Source: Auanema rhodensis
Taxonomy: Eukaryota > Animalia > Nematoda
Direction: 5' to 3'
DNA: 64,000 nucleotides
Assembly: GCA_964057225.1 (NCBI GenBank)
Contig: OZ059898.1
Span: 21,080,001 to 21,144,000 of the forward strand
The notes beneath the pieces were generated by a model. That model was not told the DNA's origin and did not search any database. It saw nothing but the letters and a program-made list of their open reading frames with translations. This document shows, piece by piece, positions 27,601 through 42,700 of the stretch (positions are counted from its first letter, which is position 1; each line of letters starts with the position of its first letter). A program made the translations under genes and the position numbers.

Positions 27601-30600
27601 GGTTCATGGTAACCATGACTTTGAAATTTACGTGAACTTTAATTTATGCTAATTAAATGTACACGTGATGTGCACTTGGTATGTAACTCGCTTCACGTGA
27701 AAGATAAAGAGATGCGGTTTTCAAAATTAGATTCCCCATGTCCATATTAGTCTAAAAACAAATTTTTATTGATATTGGTTCATGGTAACCATGACTTTGA
27801 AATTTACGTGAACTTTAATTTATGCTAATTAAATGTACACGTGATGTGCACTCGGTATGTAACTCGCTTCACGTGAAAGATAAAGAGATGCGGTTTTCAA
27901 AATTAGATTCCCCATGTCCATATTAGTCTAAAAACAAATTTTTATTGATATTGGTGCATGGTAACCATGACTTTGAAATTTACGTGAACTTTAATTTATG
28001 CTAATTAAATGTACACGTGATGTGCACTTGGTATGTAACTCGCTTCACGTGAAAGATAAAGAGATGCGGTTTTCAAAATTAGATTCCCCATGTCCATATT
28101 AGTCTAAAAACAAATTTTTATTGATATTGGTGCATGGTAACCATGACTTTGAAATTTACGTGAACTTTAATTTATGCTAATTAAATGTACACGTGATGTG
28201 CACTTGGTATGTAACTCGCTTCACGTGAAAGATAAAGAGATGCTGTTTTCAAAATTAGATTCCCCATGTCCATATTAGTCTAAAAACAAATTTTTATTGA
28301 TATTGGTTCATGGTAACCATGACTTTGAAATTTACGTGAACTTTAATTTATGCTAATTAAATGTATACGTGATGTGCACTTGGTATGTAACTCGCTTCAC
28401 GTGAAAGATAAAGAGATGCGGTTTTCAAAATTAGATTCCCCATGTCCATATTAGTCTAAAAACAAATTTTTATTGATATTGGTTCATGGTAACCATGACT
28501 TTAAAATTTACGTGAACTTTAATTTATGCTAATTAAATGTACACGTGATGTGCACTTGGTATGTAACTCGCTTCACGTGAAAGATAAAGAGATGCGGTTT
28601 TCAAAATTAGATTCCCCATGTCCATATTAGTCTAAAAACAAATTTTTATTGATATTGGTTCATGGTAACCATGACTTTGAAATTTACGTGAACTTTAATT
28701 TATGCTAATTAAATGTACACGTGATGTGCACTTGGTATGTAACTCGCTTCACGTGAAAGATAAAGAGATGCGGTTTTCAAAATTAGATTCCCCATGTCCA
28801 TATTAGTCTAAAAACAAATTTTTATTGATATTGGTGCATGGTAACAATGACTTTGAAATTTACGTGAACTTTAATTTATGCTAATTAAATGTACACGTGA
28901 TGTGCACTTGGTATGTAACGCGCTTCACGTGAAAGATAAAGAGATGCGGTTTTCAAAATTAGATTCCCCATGTCCATATTAGTCTAAAAACAAATTTTTA
29001 TTGATATTGGTTCATGGTAACCATGACTTTGAAATTTACGTGAACTTTAATTTATGCTAATTAAATGTATACGTGATGTGCACTTGGTATGTAACTCGCT
29101 TCACGTGAAAGATAAAGAGATGCGGTTTTCAAAATTAGATTCCCCATGTCCATATTAGTCTAAAAACAAATTTTTATTGATATTGGTTCATGGTAACCAT
29201 GACTTTGAAATTTACGTGAACTTTAATTTATGCTAATTAAATGTACACGTGATGTGCACTTGGTATGTAACTCGCTTCACGTGAAAGATAAAAAGATGCG
29301 GTTTTCAAAATTAGATTCCCCATGTCCATATTAGTCTAAAAACAAATTTTTATTGATATTGGTGCATGGTAACCATGACTTTGAAATTTACGTGAACTTT
29401 AATTTATGCTAATTAAATGTACACGTGATGTGCACTTGGTATGTAACTCGCTTCACGTGAAAGATGAAGAGATGCGGTTTTCAAAATTAGATTCCCCATG
29501 TCCATATTAGTCTAAAAACAAATTTTTATTGATATTGGTTCATGGTAACCATGACTTTGAAATTTACGTGAACTTTAATTTATGCTAATTAAATGTACAC
29601 GTGATGTGCACTTGGTATGTAACTCGCTTCATGTGAAAGATAAAGAGATGCGGTTTTCAAAATTAGATTCCCCATGTCCATATTAGTCTAAAAACAAATT
29701 TTTATTGATATTGGTTCATGGTAACCATGACTTTGAAATTTACGTGAACTTTAATTTATGCTAATTAAATGTATACGTGATGTGCACTTGGTATGTAACT
29801 CGCTTCACGTGAAAGATAAAGAGATGCGGTTTTCAAAATTAGATTCCCCATGTCCATATTAGTCTAAAAACAAATTTTTATTGATATTGGTTCATGGTAA
29901 CCATGACTTTGAAATTTACGTGAACTTTAATTTATGCTAATTAAATGTACACGTGATGTGCACTTGGTATGTAACTCGCTTCACGTGAAAGATAAAGAGA
30001 TGCGGTTTTCAAAATTAGATTCCCCATGTCCATATTAGTCTAAAAACAAATTTTTATTGATATTGGTTCATGGTAACCATGACTTTGAAATTTACGTGAA
30101 CTTTAATTTATGCTAATTAAATGTACACGTGATGTGCACTCGGTATGTAACTCGCTTCACGTGAAAGATAAAGAGATGCGGTTTTCAAAATTAGATTCCC
30201 CATGTCCATATTAGTCTAAAAACAAATTTTTATTGATATTGGTGCATGGTAACCATGACTTTGAAATTTACGTGAACTTTAATTTATGCTAATTAAATGT
30301 ACACGTGATGTGCACTTGGTATGTAACTCGCTTCACGTGAAAGATAAAGAGATGCGGTTTTCAAAATTAGATTCCCCATGTCCATATTAGTCTAAAAACA
30401 AATTTTTATTGATATTGGTGCATGGTAACCATGACTTTGAAATTTACGTGAACTTTAATTTATGCTAATTAAATGTACACGTGATGTGCACTTGGTATGT
30501 AACTCGCTTCACGTGAAAGATAAAGAGATGCTGTTTTCAAAATTAGATTCCCCATGTCCATATTAGTCTAAAAACAAATTTTTATTGATATTGGTTCATG

Positions 30601-33600
30601 GTAACCATGACTTTGAAATTTACGTGAACTTTAATTTATGCTAATTAAATGTATACGTGATGTGCACTTGGTATGTAACTCGCTTCACGTGAAAGATAAA
30701 GAGATGCGGTTTTCAAAATTAGATTCCCCATGTCCATATTAGTCTAAAAACAAATTTTTATTGATATTGGTTCATGGTAACCATGACTTTGAAATTTACG
30801 TGAACTTTAATTTATGCTAATTAAATGTACACGTGATGTGCACTTGGTATGTAACTCGCTTCACGTGAAAGATAAAGAGATGCGGTTTTCAAAATTAGAT
30901 TCCCCATGTCCATATTAGTCTAAAAACAAATTTTTATTGATATTGGTGCATGGTAACCATGACTTTGAAAATTACGTGAACTTTAATTTATGCTAATTAA
31001 ATGTACACGTGATGTGCACTTGGTATGTAACTCGCTTCACGTGAAAGATAAAGAGATGCGGTTTTCAAAATTAGATTCCCCATGTCCATATTAGTTTAAA
31101 AACAAATTTTTATTGATATTGGTGCATGGTAACCATGACTTTGAAATTTACGTGAACTTTAATTTATGCTAATTAAATGTACACGTGATGTGCACTTGGT
31201 ATGTAACTCGCTTCACGTGAAAGATAAAGAGATGCGGTTTTCAAAATTAGATTCCCCATGTCCATATTAGTCTAAAAACAAATTTTTATTGATATTGGTT
31301 CATGGTAACCATGACTTTGAAATTTACGTGAACTTTAATTTATGCTAATTAAATGTACACGTGATGTGCACTTGGTATGTAACTCGCTTCACGTGAAAGA
31401 TAAAGAGATGCGGTTTTCAAAATTAGATTCCCCATGTCCATATTAGTCTAAAAACAAATTTTTATTGATATTGGTGCATGGTAACCATGACTTTGAAATT
31501 TACGTGAACTTTAATTTATGCTAATTAAATGTACACGTGATGTGCACTCGGTATGTAACTCGCTTCACGTGAAAGATAAAGAGATGCGGTTTTCAAAATT
31601 AGATTCCCCATGTCCATATTAGTCTAAAAACAAATTTTTATTGATATTGGTGCATGGTAACCATGACTTTGAAATTTACGTGAACTTTAATTTATGCTAA
31701 TTAAATGTACACGTGATGTGCACTTGGTATGTAACTCGCTTCACGTGAAAGATAAAGAGATGCGGTTTTCAAAATTAGATTCCCCATGTCCATATTAGTC
31801 TAAAAACAAATTTTTATTGATATTGGTGCATGGTAACCATGACTTTGAAATTTACGTGAACTTTAATTTATGCTAATTAAATGTACACGTGATGTGCACT
31901 TGGTATGTAACTCGCTTCACGTGAAAGATAAAGAGATGCTGTTTTCAAAATTAGATTCCCCATGTCCATATTAGTCTAAAAACAAATTTTTATTGATATT
32001 GGTTCATGGTAACCATGACTTTGAAATTTACGTGAACTTTAATTTATGCTAATTAAATGTATACGTGATGTGCACTTGGTATGTAACTCGCTTCACGTGA
32101 AAGATAAAGAGATGCGGTTTTCAAAATTAGATTCCCCATGTCCATATTAGTCTAAAAACAAATTTTTATTGATATTGGTTCATGGTAACCATGACTTTGA
32201 AATTTACGTGAACTTTAATTTATGCTAATTAAATGTACACGTGATGTGCACTTGGTATGTAACTCGCTTCACGTGAAAGATAAAGAGATGCGGTTTCCAA
32301 AATTAGATTCCCCATGTCCATATTAGTCTAAAAACGAATTTTTATTGATATTGGTTCATGGTAACCATGACTTTGAAATTTACGTGAGCTTTAATTTATG
32401 CTAATTAAATGTACACGTGATGTGCACTTGGTATGTAACTCGCTTCACGTGAAAGATAAAGAGATGCGGTTTTCAAAATTAGATTCCCCATGTCCATATT
32501 AGTCTAAAAACAAATTTTTATTGATATTGGTGCATGGTAACCATGACTTTGAAATTTACGTGAGCTTTAATTTATGCTAATTAAATGTACACGTGATGTG
32601 CACTTGGTATGTAACTCGCTTCACGTGAAAGATAAAGAGATGCGGTTTTCAAAATTAGATTGCCCATGTCCATATTAGTCTAAAAACAAATTTTAATTGA
32701 TATTGGTTCATGGTAACCATGACTTTGAAATTTACGTGAACTTTAATTTATGCTAATTAAATGTACACGTGATGTGCACTTGGTATGTAACTCGCTTCAC
32801 GTGGAAGATAAAGAGATGCGGTTTTCTAAATTAGATTCCCCATGTCCATATTAGTCTAAAAACGAATTTTTATTGATATTGGTGCATGGTAACCACGACT
32901 TTGAAATTTACGTGAACTTTAATTTATGCTAATTAAATGTACACGTGATGTGCACTTGGTATGTAACTCGCTTCACGTGAAAGATAAAGAGATGCGGTTT
33001 CCAAAATTAGATTCCCCATGTCCATATTAGTCTAAAAACAAATTTTTATTGATATTGGTTCATGGTAACCATGACTTTGAAATTTACGTGAACTTTAATT
33101 TATGCTAATTAAATGTACACGTGATGTGCACTTGGTATGTAACTCGCTTCACGTGAAAGATAAAGAGATGCGGTTTTCAAAATTAGATTCCCCATGTCCA
33201 TATTAGTCTAAAAACAAATTTTTATTGATATTGGTTCATGGTAACCATGACTTTGAAATTTACGTGAACTTTAATTTATGCTAATTAAATGTACACGTGA
33301 TGTGCACTTGGTATGTAACTCGCTTCACGTGAAAGATAAAGAGATGCGGTTTTCAAAATTAGATTCCCCATGTCCATATTAGTCTAAAAACAAATTTTTA
33401 TTGATATTGGTGCATGGTAACCATGACTTTGAAATTTACGTGAACTTTAATTTATGCTAATTAAATGTACACGTGATGTGCACTTGGTATGTAACTCGCT
33501 TCACGTGAAAGATAAAGAGATGCGGTTTTCAAAATTAGATTCCCCATGTCCATATTAGTCTAAAAACAAATTTTTATTGATATTGGTGCATGGTAACCAT

Positions 33601-36023
33601 GACTTTGAAATTTACGTGAACTTTAATTTATGCTAATTAAATGTACACGTGATGTGCACTTGGTATGTAACTCGCTTCACGTGAAAGATGAAGAGATGCG
33701 GTTTTCAAAATTAGATTCCCCATGTCCATATTAGTCTAAAAACAAATTTTTATTGATATTGGTTCATGGTAACCATGACTTTGAAATTTACGTGAACTTT
33801 AATTTATGCTAATTAAATGTACACGTGATGTGCACTTGGTATGTAACTCGCTTCATGTGAAAGATAAAGAGATGCGGTTTTCAAAATTAGATTCCCCATG
33901 TCCATATTAGTCTAAAAACAAATTTTTATTGATATTGGTTCATGGTAACCATGACTTTGAAATTTACGTGAACTTTAATTTATGCTAATTAAATGTACAC
34001 GTGATGTGCACTTGGTATGTAACTCGCTTCACGTGAAAGTTAAAGAGATGCGGTTTTCAAAATTAGATTCCCCATGTCCATATTAGTCTAAAAACAAATT
34101 TTTATTGATATTGGTGCATGGTAACCATGACTTTGAAATTTACGTGAACTTTAATTTATGCCAATTAAATGTACACGTGATGTGCACTTGGTATGTAACT
34201 CGCTTCACGTGAAAGATAAAGAGATGCGGTTTTCAAAATTAGATTCCCCATGTCCATATTAGTCTAAAAACGAATTTTTATTGATATTGGTGCATGGTAA
34301 CCACGACTTTGAAATTTACGTGAACTTTAATTTATGCTAATTAAATGTACACGTGATGTGCACTTGGTATGTAACTCGCTTCACGTGAAAGATAAAGAGA
34401 TGCGGTTTCCAAAATTAGATTCCCCATGTCCATATTAGTCTAAAAACAAATTTTTATTGATATTGGTTCATGGTAACCATGACTTTGAAATTTACGTGAA
34501 CTTTAATTTATGCTAATTAAATGTACACGTGATGTGCACTTGGTATGTAACTCGCTTCACGTGAAAGATAAAGAGATTCGGTTTTCAAAATTAGATTCCC
34601 CATGTCCATATTAGTCTAAAAACAAATTTTTATTGATATTGGTGCATGGTAACCATGACTTTGAAATTTACGTGAACTTTAATTTATGCTAATTAAATGT
34701 ACACGTGATGTGCACTTGGTATGTAACTCGCTTCACGTGAAAGATAAAGAGATGCGGTTTTCAAAATTAGATTCCCCATGTCCATATTAGTCTAAAAACA
34801 AATTTTTATTGATATTGGTGCATGGTAACCATGACTTTGAATTTTACGTGAACTTTAATTTATGCTAATTAAATGTACACGTGATGTGCACTTGGTATGT
34901 AACTCGCTTCACGTGAAAGATAAAGAGATGCGGTTTTCAAAATTAGATTCCCCATGTCCATATTAGTCTAAAAACAAATTTTTATTGATATTGGTTCATG
35001 GTAACCATGACTTTGAAATTTACGTGAACTTTAATTTATGCTAATTAAATGTACACGTGATGTGCACTTGGTATGTAACTCGCTTCACGTGAAAGATAAA
35101 GAGATGCGGTTTTCAAAATTAGATTCCCCATGTCCATATTAGTCTAAAAACAAATTTTTATTGATATTGGTGCATGGTAACCATGACTTTGAAATTTACG
35201 TGAACTTTAATTTATGCTAATTAAATGTACACGTGATGTGCACTTGGTATGTAACTCGCTTCACGTGAAAGATAAAGAGATGCGGTTTTCAAAATTAGAT
35301 TCCCCATGTCCATATTAGTCTAAAAACAAATTTTTATTGATATTGGTTCATGGTAACCATGACTTTGAAATTTACGTGAACTTTAATTTATGCTAATTAA
35401 ATGTACACGTGATGTGCACTTGGTATGTAACTCGCTTCACGTAAAAGATAAAAAGATGCGGTTTTCAAAATTAGATTCCCCATGTCCATATTATTTCAAA
35501 AACAAATTTTTATTGATATTGGTGCATGGTAACCATGACTTTGAATTTTACGTGAACTTTAATTTATGCTAATTAAATGTACACGTGATGTGCACTTGGT
35601 ATGTAACTCGCTTCACGTGAAAGATAAAGAGATGCGGTTTTCAAAATTAGATTCCCCATGTCCATATTAGTCTAAAAACAAATTTTTATTGATATTGGTT
35701 CATGGTAACCATGACTTTGAAATTTACGTGAACTTTAATTTATGCTAATTAAATGTACACGTGATGTGCACTTGGTATGTAACTCGCTTCACGTGAAAGA
35801 TAAAGAGATGCGGTTTTCAAAATTAGATTCCCCATGTCCATATTAGTCTAAAAACAAATTTTTATTGATATTGGTGCATGGTAACCATGACTTTGAAATT
35901 TACGTGAACTTTAATTTATGCTAATTAAATGTACACGTGATGTGCACTTGGTATGTAACTCGCTTCACGTGAAAGATAAAGAGATGCGGTTTTCAAAATT
36001 AGATTCCCCATGTCCATATTAGT
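24700..36023. repeat. Variant domain C, including a 13-monomer (2288-bp) tandem duplication and 8-mer echoes
   Basis: Markers gtaTacgt, gcTgtttt, actCggta, taacAatg, aacGcgc, tcaTgtga. taacAatg is at 26558 and 28846; actCgg is at 27853, 30141 and 31549. Confidence 0.8.
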
Positions 36024-39000
36024 TTAAAAACAAATTTTTATTGATATTGGTGCATGGTAACCATGACTTTGAAATTTACGTGAACTTTAATTTATGTTAA
36101 TTAAATGTACACGTGATGTGCACTTGGTATGTAACTCGCTTCACGTGAAAGATAAAGAGATGCGGTTTTCAAAATTAGATTTCCCATGTCCATATTAGTC
36201 TAAAAACAAATTTTTATTGATATTGGTGCATGGTAACCATGACTTTGAAATTTACGTGAACTTTAATTTATGTTAATTAAATGTACACGTGATGTGCACT
36301 TGGTATGTAACTCGCTTCACGTGAAAGATAAAGAGATGCGGTTTTCAAAATTAGATTCCCCATGTCCATATTAGTCTAAAAACAAATTTTTATTGATATT
36401 GGTTCATGGTAACCATGACTTTGAAATTTACGTGAACTTTAATTTATGCTAATTAAATGTACACGTGATGTGCACTTGGTATGTAACTCGCTTCACGTGA
36501 AAGATAAAGAGATGCGGTTTTCAAAATTAGATTCCCCATGTCCATATTAGTCTAAAAACAAATTTTTATTGATATTGGTGCATGGTAACCATGACTTTGA
36601 AATTTACGTGAACTTTAATTTATGCTAATTAAATGTACACGTGATGTGCACTTGGTATGTAACTCGCTTCACGTGAAAGATAAAGAGATGCGGTTTTCAA
36701 AATTAGATTCCCCATGTCCATATTAGTCTAAAAACAAATTTTTATTGATATTGGTGCATGGTAATCATGACTTTGAAATTTACGTGAACTTTAATTTATG
36801 CTAATTAAATGTACACGTGATGTGCACTTGGTATGTAACTCGCTTCACGTGAAAGATAAAGAGATGCGGTTTTCAAAATTAGATTCCCCATGTCTATATT
36901 AGTTTAAAAACAAATTTTTATTGATATTAGTTCATGGTAACCATGACTTTGAAATTTACGTGAACTTTAATTTATGCTAATTAAATGTACACGTGATGTG
37001 CACTTGGTATGTAACTCGCTTCACGTGAAAGATAATGAGATGCGGTTTTCAAAATTAGATTTCCCATGTCCATATTAGTCTAAAAACAAATTTTTATTGA
37101 TATTGGTTCATGGTAACCATGACTTTGAAATTTACGTGAACTTTAATTTATGCTAATTAAATGTACACGTGATGTGCACTTGGTATGTAACTCGCTTCAC
37201 GTGAAAGATAAAGAGATGCGGTTTTCAAAATTAGATTCCTCATGTCCATATTAGTCTAAAAACAAATTTTTATTGATATTGGTGCATGGTAACCATGACT
37301 TTGAAATTTACGTGAACTTTAATTTATGCTAATTAAATGTACACGTGATGTGCACTTGGTATGTAACTCGCTTCACGTGAAAGATAAAGAGATGCGGTTT
37401 TCAAAATTAGATTTCCCATGTCCATATTAGTCTAAAAACAAATTTTTATTGATATTGGTGCATGGTAACCATGACTTTGAAATTTACGTGAACTTTAATT
37501 TATGTTAATTAAATGTACACGTGATGTGCACTTGGTATGTAACTCGCTTCACGTGAAAGATAAAGAGATGCGGTTTTCAAAATTAGATTCCCCATGTCCA
37601 TATTAGTCTAAAAACAAATTTTTATTGATATTGGTTCATGGTAACCATGACTTTGAAATTTACGTGAACTTTAATTTATGCTAATTAAATGTACACGTGA
37701 TGTGCACTTGGTATGTAACTCGCTTCACGTGAAAGATAAAGAGATGCGGTTTTCAAAATTAGATTCCCCATGTCCATATTAGTCTAAAAACAAATTTTTA
37801 TTGATATTGGTGCATGGTAACCATGACTTTGAAATTTACGTGAACTTTAATTTATGCTAATTAAATGTACACGTGATGTGCACTTGGTATGTAACTCGCT
37901 TCACGTGAAAGATAAAGAGATGCGGTTTTCAAAATTAGATTCCCCATGTCCATATTAGTCTAAAAACAAATTTTTATTGATATTGGTGCATGGTAACCAT
38001 GACTTTGAAATTTACGTGAACTTTAATTTATGCTAATTAAATGTACACGTGATGTGCACTTGGTATGTAACTCGCTTCACGTGAAAGATAAAGAGATGCG
38101 GTTTTCAAAATTAGATTCCCCATGTCTATATTAGTTTAAAAACGAATTTTTATTGATATTAGTTCATGGTAACCATGACTTTGAAATTTACGTGAACTTT
38201 AATTTATGCTAATTAAATGTACACGTGATGTGCACTTGGTATGTAACTCGCTTCACGTGAAAGATAATGAGATGCGGTTTTCAAAATTAGATTTCCCATG
38301 TCCATATTAGTCTAAAAACAAATTTTTATTGATATTGGTTCATGGTAACCATGACTTTGAAATTTACGTGAACTTTAATTTATGCTAATTAAATGTACAC
38401 GTGATGTGCACTTGGTATGTAACTCGCTTCACGTGAAAGATAAAGAGATGCGGTTTTCAAAATTAGATTCCTCATGTCCATATTAGTCTAAAAACAAATT
38501 TTTATTGATATTGGTGCATGGTAACCATGACTTTGAAATTTACGTGAACTTTAATTTATGCTAATTAAATGTACACGTGATGTGCACTTGGTATGTAACT
38601 CGCTTCACGTGAAAGATAAAGAGATGCGGTTTTCAAAATTAGATTTCCCATGTCCATATTAGTCTAAAAACAAATTTTTATTGATATTGGTGCATGGTAA
38701 CCATGACTTTGAAATTTACGTGAACTTTAATTTATGTTAATTAAATGTACACGTGATGTGCACTTGGTATGTAACTCGCTTCACGTGAAAGATAAAGAGA
38801 TGCGGTTTTCAAAATTAGATTCCCCATGTCCATATTAGTCTAAAAACAAATTTTTATTGATATTGGTTCATGGTAACCATGACTTTGAAATTTACGTGAA
38901 CTTTAATTTATGCTAATTAAATGTACACGTGATGTGCACTTGGTATGTAACTCGCTTCACGTGAAAGATAAAGAGATGCGGTTTTCAAAATTAGATTCCC

Positions 39001-39719
39001 CATGTCCATATTAGTCTAAAAACAAATTTTTATTGATATTGGTGCATGGTAACCATGACTTTGAAATTTACGTGAACTTTAATTTATGCTAATTAAATGT
39101 ACACGTGATGTGCACTTGGTATGTAACTCGCTTCACGTGAAAGATAAAGAGATGCGGTTTTCAAAATTAGATTCCCCATGTCCATATTAGTCTAAAAACA
39201 AATTTTTATTGATATTGGTGCATGGTAACCATGACTTTGAAATTTACGTGAACTTTAATTTATGCTAATTAAATGTACACGTGATGTGCACTTGGTATGT
39301 AACTCGCTTCACGTGAAAGATAAAGAGATGCGGTTTTCAAAATTAGATTCCCCATGTCTATATTAGTTTAAAAACAAATTTTTATTGATATTAGTTCATG
39401 GTAACCATGACTTTGAAATTTACGTGAACTTTAATTTATGCTAATTAAATGTACACGTGATGTGCACTTGGTATGTAACTCGCTTCACGTGAAAGATAAT
39501 GAGATGCGGTTTTCAAAATTAGATTTCCCATGTCCATATTAGTCTAAAAACAAATTTTTATTGATATTGGTTCATGGTAACCATGACTTTGAAATTTACG
39601 TGAACTTTAATTTATGCTAATTAAATGTACACGTGATGTGCACTTGGTATGTAACTCGCTTCACTTGAAAGATAAAGAGATGCGGTTTTCAAAATTAGAT
39701 TCCTCATGTACATATTAGT
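36024..39719. repeat. 7-mer higher-order repeat (1232 bp) x3
   Basis: gtcTatattagtTtaaaa...attAgttc at 36895, 38127, 39359; gataaTga at 37036, 38268, 39500; tatgTtaa at 36273, 37505, 38737. Confidence 0.92.
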
Positions 39720-42700
39720 CTAAAAACAAATTTTTATTGATATTGGTGCATGGTAACCATGACTTTGAAATTTACGTGAACTTTAATTTATGCTAATTAA
39801 ATGTACACGTGATGTGCACTTGGTATGTAACTCGCTTCACGTGAAAGATAAAGAGATGCGGTTTTCAAAATTAGATTCCCCATGTCCATATTAGTCTAAA
39901 AACAAATTTTTATTGATATTGGTTCATGGTAACCATGACTTTGAAATTTACGTGAACTTTAATTTATGCTAATTAAATGTACACGTGATGTGCACTTGGT
40001 ATGTAACTCGCTTCACGTGAAAGATAAAGAGATGCGGTTTTCAAAATTAGATTCTACATGTCCATATTAGTCTAAAAACAAATTTTTATTGATATTGGTT
40101 CATGGTAACCATGACTTTGAAATTTACGTGAACTTTAATTTATGCTAATTAAATGTACACGTGATGTGCACTTGGTATGTAACTCGCTTCACGTGAAAGA
40201 TAAAGAGATGCGGTTTTCAAAATTAGATTCCCCATGTCCATATTAGTCTAAAAACAAATTTTTATTGATATTGGTTCATGGTAACCATGACTTTGAAATT
40301 TACGTGAACTTTAATTTATGCTAATTAAATGTACACGTGATGTGCACTTGGTATGTAACTCGCTTCACGTGAAAGATAAAGAGATGCGGTTTTCAAAATT
40401 AGATTCCTCATGTCCATATTAGTCTAAAAACAAATTTTTATTGATATTGCTTCATGGTAACCATGACTTTGAAATTTACGTGAACTTTAATTTATGCTAA
40501 TTAAATGTACACGTGATGTGCACTTGGTATGTAACTCGCTTCACGTGAAAGATAAAGAGATGCGGTTTTCAAAATTAGATTCCCCATGTCCATATTAGTC
40601 TAAAAACAAATTTTTATTGATATTGGTTCATGGTAACCATGACTTTGAAATTTACGTGAACTTTAATTTATGCTAATTAAATGTACACGTGATGTGCACT
40701 TGGTATGTAACTCGCTTCACGTGAAAGATAAAGAGATGCGGTTTTCAAAATTAGATTCCCCATGTCCATATTAGTCTAAAAACAAATTTTTATTGATATT
40801 GGTGCATGGTAACCATGACTTTGAAATTTACGTGAACTTTAATTTATGCTAATTAAATGTACACGTGATGTGCACTTGGTATGTAACTCGCTTCACTTGA
40901 AAGATAAAGAGATGCGGTTTTCAAAATTAGATTCCCCATGTCCATATTAGTCTAAAAACAAATTTTTATTGATATTGGTTCATGGTAACCATGACTTTGA
41001 AATTTACGTGAACTTTAATTTATGCTAATTAAATGTACACGTGATGTGCACTTGGTATGTAACTCGCTTCACGTGAAAGATAAAGAGATGCGGTTTTCAA
41101 AATTAGATTCCCCATGTCCATATTAGTCTAAAAACAAATTTTTTTTGATATTGGTTCATGGTAACCATGACTTTGAAATTTACGTGAACTTTAATTTATG
41201 CTAATTAAATGTACACGTGATGTGCACTTGGTATGTAACTCGCTTCACGTGAAAGATAAAGAGATGCGGTTTTCAAAATTAGATTCTACATGTCCATATT
41301 AGTCTAAAAACAAATTTTTATTGATATTGCTTCATGGTAACCATGACTTTGAAATTTACGTGAACTTTAATTTATGCTAATTAAATGTACACGTGATGTG
41401 CACTTGGTATGTAACTCGCTTCACGTGAAAGATAAAGAGATGCGGTTTTCAAAATTAGATTCCCCATGTCCATATTAGTCTAAAAACAAATTTTTATTGA
41501 TATTGGTGCATGGTAACCATGACTTTGAAATTTACGTGAACTTTAATTTATGCTAATTAAATGTACACGTGATGTGCACTTGGTATGTAACTCACTTCAC
41601 TTGAAAGATAAAGAGATGCGGTTTTCAAAATTAGATTCCCCATGTCCATATTAGTCTAAAAACAAATTTTTATTGATATTGGTTCATGGTAACCATGACT
41701 TTGAAATTTACGTGAACTTTAATTTATGCTAATTAAATGTACACGTAATGTGCACTTGGTATGTAACTCGCTTCACGTGAAAGATAAAGAGATGCGGTTT
41801 TCAAAATTAGATTCCCCATGTCCATATTAGTCTAAAAACAAATTTTTTTTGATATTGGTTCATGGTAACCATGACTTTGAAATTTACGTGAACTTTAATT
41901 TATGCTAATTAAATGTACACGTGATGTGCACTTGGTATGTAACTCGCTTCACGTGAAAGATAAAGAGATGCGGTTTTCAAAATTAGATTCTACATGTCCA
42001 TATTAGTCTAAAAACAAATTTTTATTGATATTGCTTCATGGTAACCATGACTTTGAAATTTACGTGAACTTTAATTTATGCTAATTAAATGTACACGTGA
42101 TGTGCACTTGGTATGTAACTCGCTTCACGTGAAAGATAAAGAGATGCGGTTTTCAAAATTAGATTCCCCATGTCCATATTAGTCTAAAAACAAATTTTTA
42201 TTGATATTGGTTCATGGTAACCATGACTTTGAAATTTACGTGAACTTTAATTTATGCTAATTAAATGTACACGTGATGTGCACTTGGTATGTAACTCGCT
42301 TCACGTGAAAGATAAAGAGATGCGGTTTTCAAAATTAGATTCTACATGTCCATATTAGTCTAAAAACAAATTTTTATTGATATTGCTTCATGGTAACCAT
42401 GACTTTGAAATTTACGTGAACTTTAATTTATGCTAATTAAATGTACACGTGATGTGCACTTGGTATGTAACTCGCTTCACGTGAAAGATAAAGAGATGCG
42501 GTTTTCAAAATTAGATTCCCCATGTCCATATTAGTCTAAAAACAAATTTTTATTGATATTGGTTCATGGTAACCATGACTTTGAAATTTACGTGAACTTT
42601 AATTTATGCTAATTAAATGTACACGTGATGTGCACTTGGTATGTAACTCGCTTCACGTGAAAGATAAAGAGATGCGGTTTTCAAAATTAGATTTCCCATG

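Noticed and set aside
35390-35572. 60-aa ORF MLIKCTRDVHLV...
   Set aside because: It is a translation of the satellite monomer. It exceeds the usual 34 codons only because one clustered mutation removed a TAG. It has no recognisable domain or gene context, and 176 is not a multiple of 3, so no coding repeat can persist.
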